Source of the DNA: Podarcis pityusensis | Lineage: Eukaryota | Assembly: GCA_964106645.2 (NCBI GenBank) | Contig: OZ067043.1 | Direction: 5' to 3' (one strand) | Length of the DNA stretch: 64,000 nucleotides | Part shown: positions 59,504 through 64,000 of the stretch, one piece after another | Numbering within the stretch: position 1 is the first letter of the stretch | Layout: every line of letters starts with the position of its first letter | The notes under the pieces: model-generated | Databases searched by the model: none | Told to the model about the DNA's origin: nothing | The model's input: only the letters and a program-made list of their open reading frames with translations | Position numbers and translations under genes: made by a program

Positions 59504-59852
59504 GGTAAAGGTAAAGGGACCCCTGACCATTAGGTCCAGTCGCGGACAACTCTGGAGTTGTGGTGCTCATCTCACTTTACTGGCTGAGGGAGTCGGTGTA
59601 CAGCTTCCGGGTCATGTGGCCAGCATGACTAAGCCGCTTCTGGCGAACCAGAGCAGCGCATGGAAACGCCGTTTACCTTCCTGCCAGAGCGGTACCTATT
59701 TATCTACTTGTACTTTGACGTGCTTTCGAACTGCTAGGTGGGCAGGAGCTGGGACAGAGCAACGAGAGCTCATCCCGTCGCGGGGATTCAAACCACCAAT
59801 CTTCTGATCGGCAAGCCCTAGGCTCTGTGGTTTAACCCACAGCGCCACCCGT
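59504..59852 (-). mobile_element. Sauria-type SINE
   Basis: Reverse-complement copy of the same SINE (GGTAAAGGTAAAGGGACCCCTGACC...GGTTTAACCCACAGCGCCACCCG). Confidence 0.85.
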
Positions 59853-60678
59853 ATTATTTAAAAAACCAAAACACATTGCTCCCTAAGTAGCCGGCTCTAG
59901 ACAGAAACTCTTAAAGGGGAAGGATCACCCATGATATTCAATAGCAGATACCTGAATAGACAGAAAGCATGACATCATCTCAATTTTTATCCAAATACTC
60001 AGAGGAGGGGCAACAGTATCTTTTAATTTGATGTACCCATTGTAGGTATGATGAGCCATCTTTGAACGCTTTGGGGCATGGCGTTCCACATGGGCAGGGA
60101 ACCTTGGGCCCTCCAGATGTTGAACTGTATCTCCCATCGTCATGTTCGCTGGGACTGGCGGAAGCTGGAGTCTGGCAAAATCTGGAGAGAGACAGGTTCC
60201 CCACCAAGGAAGCTGAGCCATTAATACTTTGCAACAACCCAAGAAGGTACAAAAATAAGAGGTGTGAACTAGGAGAGATTTCTTATTTACATTTGGTACA
60301 CCCATCAAAGGGGGAAATTCTGTCCTGTGTATTTGAGAGGTGCTTGAAACATCACAGAACAGCTGTTCTGGATTGGTTAAACTAGGTCAGTGGTCCAGAG
60401 ATAGAGGGATTTTTTCTTTAAAGAAAGAGACGTGGCTTTTTCCTTGAGCCATTTTCCTCACTGAGCAAGCTTTCAAGTTCTCCAGCGTGGATGGAAAAAG
60501 GAGAGAATGGGGAAGATTAGTCCTTGCAGCAACATGTTTTGTACCCTGAGCAATTTAATTAAGTGTGCATAACCCCTCCTGCACTCCCAACTTCAGACTT
60601 ACAAACTGCAGAATGAGATTTTTCTATCCTAACTTTACTGTCTTTCCTTTTGGAACTTTATATTGGAAGGCCTTAATC

Positions 60679-61328
60679 TAGGGTTACCAGATGTTCCTGG
60701 GGACAGTCCTCGGATTTGCAAATCTGTCCCCGGACAAATTCCGTCCCCTCAGCAGCCCAGAGCCAGCCTGGTAGTGCAGTTGGCTCTGGCTGGCTTCAGG
60801 AGCTGCTCACTGCTGCCGCCACTGCTGAAAGGGAACCAGGGATGTCTGGCGGTACACATCTCCTGCCCCCTTTGTTTTGACAGATCAGGGGAGGCTTGGG
60901 AGTCATGGGCGGCCGGCCGTTGCCCAGTTTCTTAAAAACTCTGCACATTTATGTTTTACAGGGTGCGAAAGAAGGGCTTTGCACTTTTCCTGCCAGAGAA
61001 ACCTTGCACCCCTCCTGGGCAACGGCCGCCTGCCCGTGACTCCCAAGCCTCCCCCGATCTGTCAAAATAACGGGGAAAGGGCGCAGGATATCAGGGAAGG
61101 CTAGGGAATCACGGGCGGGCGGTGCACCGTTGCCCAGGTTTTTAAAAACTCTGCACATTTATGTTTCACAGGGTGCGAAAGAAGGGCTTTGCACCTTTAT
61201 ACAATATGCATGTATGCTTGGGCCCAGGGTCTTTGGCCACACCACCCCCACTACTGACTCCCTGTTGATACTCAGTTTCAAAAAAAAAAAGCGTCCCCGG
61301 ATTCATTGAAAAGAATCTGGTAACCATA
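60679..61328. mobile_element. Non-autonomous hAT (Blackjack-like) DNA transposon with internal inverted and direct repeats
   Basis: TIRs TAGGGTTACCAGAT / ATCTGGTAACCATA; perfect 8-bp TSD CCTTAATC at 60671-60678 and 61329-61336. Confidence 0.82.
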
Positions 61329-62300
61329 CCTTAATCTGTTCCTTTTCTCTGACTTTGGAAGCCAAGCAGAGGGATGGCGTGGTTGGCAACTTACTATGCA
61401 TATGACTGTGCAACAAATAGATGTTTGAGTTTTTGTGAGTTGCTGTTTGCCTTGGCAAGATGATTATTTTTCTTCCCTCTGTCCCTCTCTCTTCTGTCCT
61501 CTTTGGCTGAGCCCCTTGCTATCAGCAAGACATGGAGCTCAGTTAGTAGATCACGTTTGTATGGCAGGAGGCAGCCCAGCACATATCCTGATCATAAGCT
61601 GTTCAGGGCTCTGTAGATCTGTGTTTCCCAAACTTTTTCCGACCGTGGCCCCTTTCCGACCCTGTGCCCCCCCATGGGCGTAGGCAAGGGGGGCAGCTCC
61701 CTCCAATAAGAAAACATCAATACAAATCTAAAGTTCTGCCCCCCCAACAAAAATCCTGGCTACGCCCCCCCCCCCCATCCTACCGGTAGAAAGGTGGCTA
61801 TTTAAATATTTTGTTTGTAAATAGAGCATGCTTTCTTTATATATTTTTTATAATTTATACAAAATACAATTTTATACAAAATACAATTACGTGAAATGAC
61901 AGGAACATAATGAAATAAGCATAAACACATAGAATCATGGAGCTGGAAGGGACCCCAAGGGTCAGCAAAGTAGGAAACTCAGCTAAAATTTACATGACAG
62001 ACCAACCTCTGCTCAGAAACCTCCAAGGAAGGAGAGTCCAGAACCTCCCGAGGAAGATCCATCTTCCATGTATTATAAAAAAAGAAAGAACACTTATTTG
62101 ACCCCAGTTATTTGACACAGAGGGGGAAACCTATAGATACAGTCCAAAAGGTGCACAGGGAGTTCTGTATATATGGGAGAATTTTAAAAAGCAAGTGGTC
62201 TTCACTGAACTGGTGCAAAAAGATCTTGCCATCTGGAGGAGCCCTGGGAGTGAGGCCCACTAAACTCAGTGCAGCTTTCTTAGTTACTAGATGCAAGTCA

Positions 62301-62662
62301 GGGACGTGGGTGGCACTGTGGTCTAAACCACAGAGCCTAGGGCTTGCCGATCAGAAGGTCGGCGGTTCGAATCCCTGCGATGGAGTGAGCTCCAGTTGCT
62401 CGGTCCCATCTCCTGCCCACCTAGCAGTTCGAAAGCATGTCAAGTGCAAGTAGATAAATAGGTACCGCTCTGGCGGGAAGGTAAACAGCATTTCTGTCCG
62501 CTGCTCTGGTTGCACCAGAAGCAGCTTAATCATGCTGGCCACATGACCCGGAAGCTGTCTGCAGACAAATGCTGGCTCCCTTGGCCTATAGAGCGAGATG
62601 AGCGCCGCAACCCCAGAGTCGTCCGCGACTGGACCTAATGGTCAGGGGTACCTTTACCTTTT
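62301..62662 (+). mobile_element. Sauria-type SINE with 10-bp TSD
   Basis: Full-length copy with ATGCAAGTCA at 62291-62300 and 62666-62675. Confidence 0.88.
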
Positions 62663-63489
62663 TATATGCAAGTCAGCAGCACCAGATGACCCTGATCTGC
62701 TAGGTGCTGGAGTAGATTGCACCCTGCACCTTGCAGAGTCAGGCGCAGGCTGCCACTGGGCCCAGCACTGACAGCAGCAACAAGCAGCTCCGGCTCTCCC
62801 AGTCGTACCCATTGCCACCCCACCACCGCACTTACCTGACCTGGTGGTTCTGGATTGCTGGCTCTACTGGTCAAAATTGGAGCCTCAGCAATTGCCCTCT
62901 CCCACCAGAAAGAAACCAGGACTGCTCCAGGAAAACACACATGGCAAAAAGGAGTGCCAGGGCCACGCCTTTACCCGCTTGTGATTGGCCAAGTGGATAG
63001 CCAATCAATCAGGATTTTTTATTTTTTAAAAAATATTCCCCCCCCCCATCACTTCTCACTTCCTTCTGTGGTCTCCTAGCCTTGTGCTGTGCCCCCCCCC
63101 CATCTATGTGATTTTCACCTGTGGCCCCCTTGAAATATCCGGGGGGTGGGGGTGGGCAGAGGGCAATATGGCCTCCAGTAGGAAAACACTGCTGTAGATG
63201 ATCAATGTTTAGAACTAGACCTGGAATCAAACTACAGTAAAGGTAAAAAGAAAGGCACGGCATGCTCCTCATAACTGGCTCCAGTCAGAAGGCTCACAGC
63301 AACGTTATGTATAAGTTTTTGAACATTTTTCAATGGTAGCCCCATGTAGCTGGAGCACCAGATTCAGCTAGGCAAAATTGTTCAAGGATACATCTGCCAC
63401 CAAAGCATCTAGGAGCATGCTGAATCTGCGAACTTTAAGAAGAGTGCTCCTTCATCCAAGATTGGTTATTTTATCAACAGGAACACTTC

Positions 63490-63915
63490 TGACTTGTCTG
63501 GATTAATCTTTAGTTAGTTAACCCCCGTTTGCTCTGTTAACCCTTGCTCAACATTGCTGATTCCAGGCAGTGATTCAGAATCTCCATGGCTTTCCTTGAT
63601 TAAGATGGAAAGAAGAAACGAGAGCTGAGCAACAGCTGCATACTGATGGCAGTGAACTCCAAATCTTCAGATCTTGATACGTTTCATATAGATGTTAAAC
63701 AGCATGGGAGACAAGATGATCAGTCGTCCTCAGCACCATCTTTCAGAACTGTGTGTTTCCATTAAGGACTGGAACCGCTGCAAGCAAGCGGAGTCTATCC
63801 CAGGCAGGTCCATGAGAACCATATTGTGGTGGATAGTACTGAAAGCTGTTGACAGGTCCAGCAGACCACCAGAGACAAGACTCCCTGGGTCTAGTTCCTA
63901 GTGTAGATTGTCTAG
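63490..63915 (-). mobile_element. Degenerate L2/CR1-clade LINE reverse-transcriptase fragment
   Basis: Minus-strand translation remnants LLDLSTAFSTIHHN (compare LLDLSAAFDTIDH), ILSPMLFNIYM and CHQYA (decayed YADD region), with frameshifts and deletions. Confidence 0.7.
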
Positions 63916-64000
63916 AGCAGTAACCAAACTGTGGCCTGTGAGCTTCATTCAGGTGGTCTATGCAGTGTTGGTAAAATTAAAATAAAAAATCATACAGCAT

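Noticed and set aside
56000-64000. CDKN1A exons or paired p53 response elements expected downstream of SRSF3
   Set aside because: Only isolated imperfect half-sites (e.g. TGACATGCCT near 58467) and no p21 coding sequence were seen in the window.

Overview
Vertebrate genomic DNA. The repeat content (Sauria-type SINEs with (ACCTTT)n tails, a tRNA-Lys/CR1-tailed SINE, CR1, L2 and BovB fragments, hAT MITEs) points to a squamate, most likely a lacertid lizard (inference). Four spliced genes could be rebuilt by hand with consistent intron phases: KCTD20 (+, 7 coding exons, 417 aa, one GC-AG intron), STK38/NDR1 (-, 13 coding exons, 465 aa), a parathyroid-hormone-family gene (-, PTH4/PTH-L; 156-aa prepro-hormone, TATA promoter) and SRSF3 (+, 164 aa). 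The most interesting object is the PTH4-like gene between the STK38 and SRSF3 CpG islands. Its signal-peptide exon is missed by the ORF track. Its 1-34 region is divergent (Gly1, Phe5, Trp23), it has a Gly36-Arg37 processing/amidation site, and its C-terminal tail carries an internal NQDLSD repeat and an RK...GKR-flanked candidate second amidated peptide. The 548-nt N run sits exactly where the ultraconserved SRSF3 poison exon is expected. No prokaryotic-type systems, CRISPR arrays or true tRNA/rRNA genes were seen.
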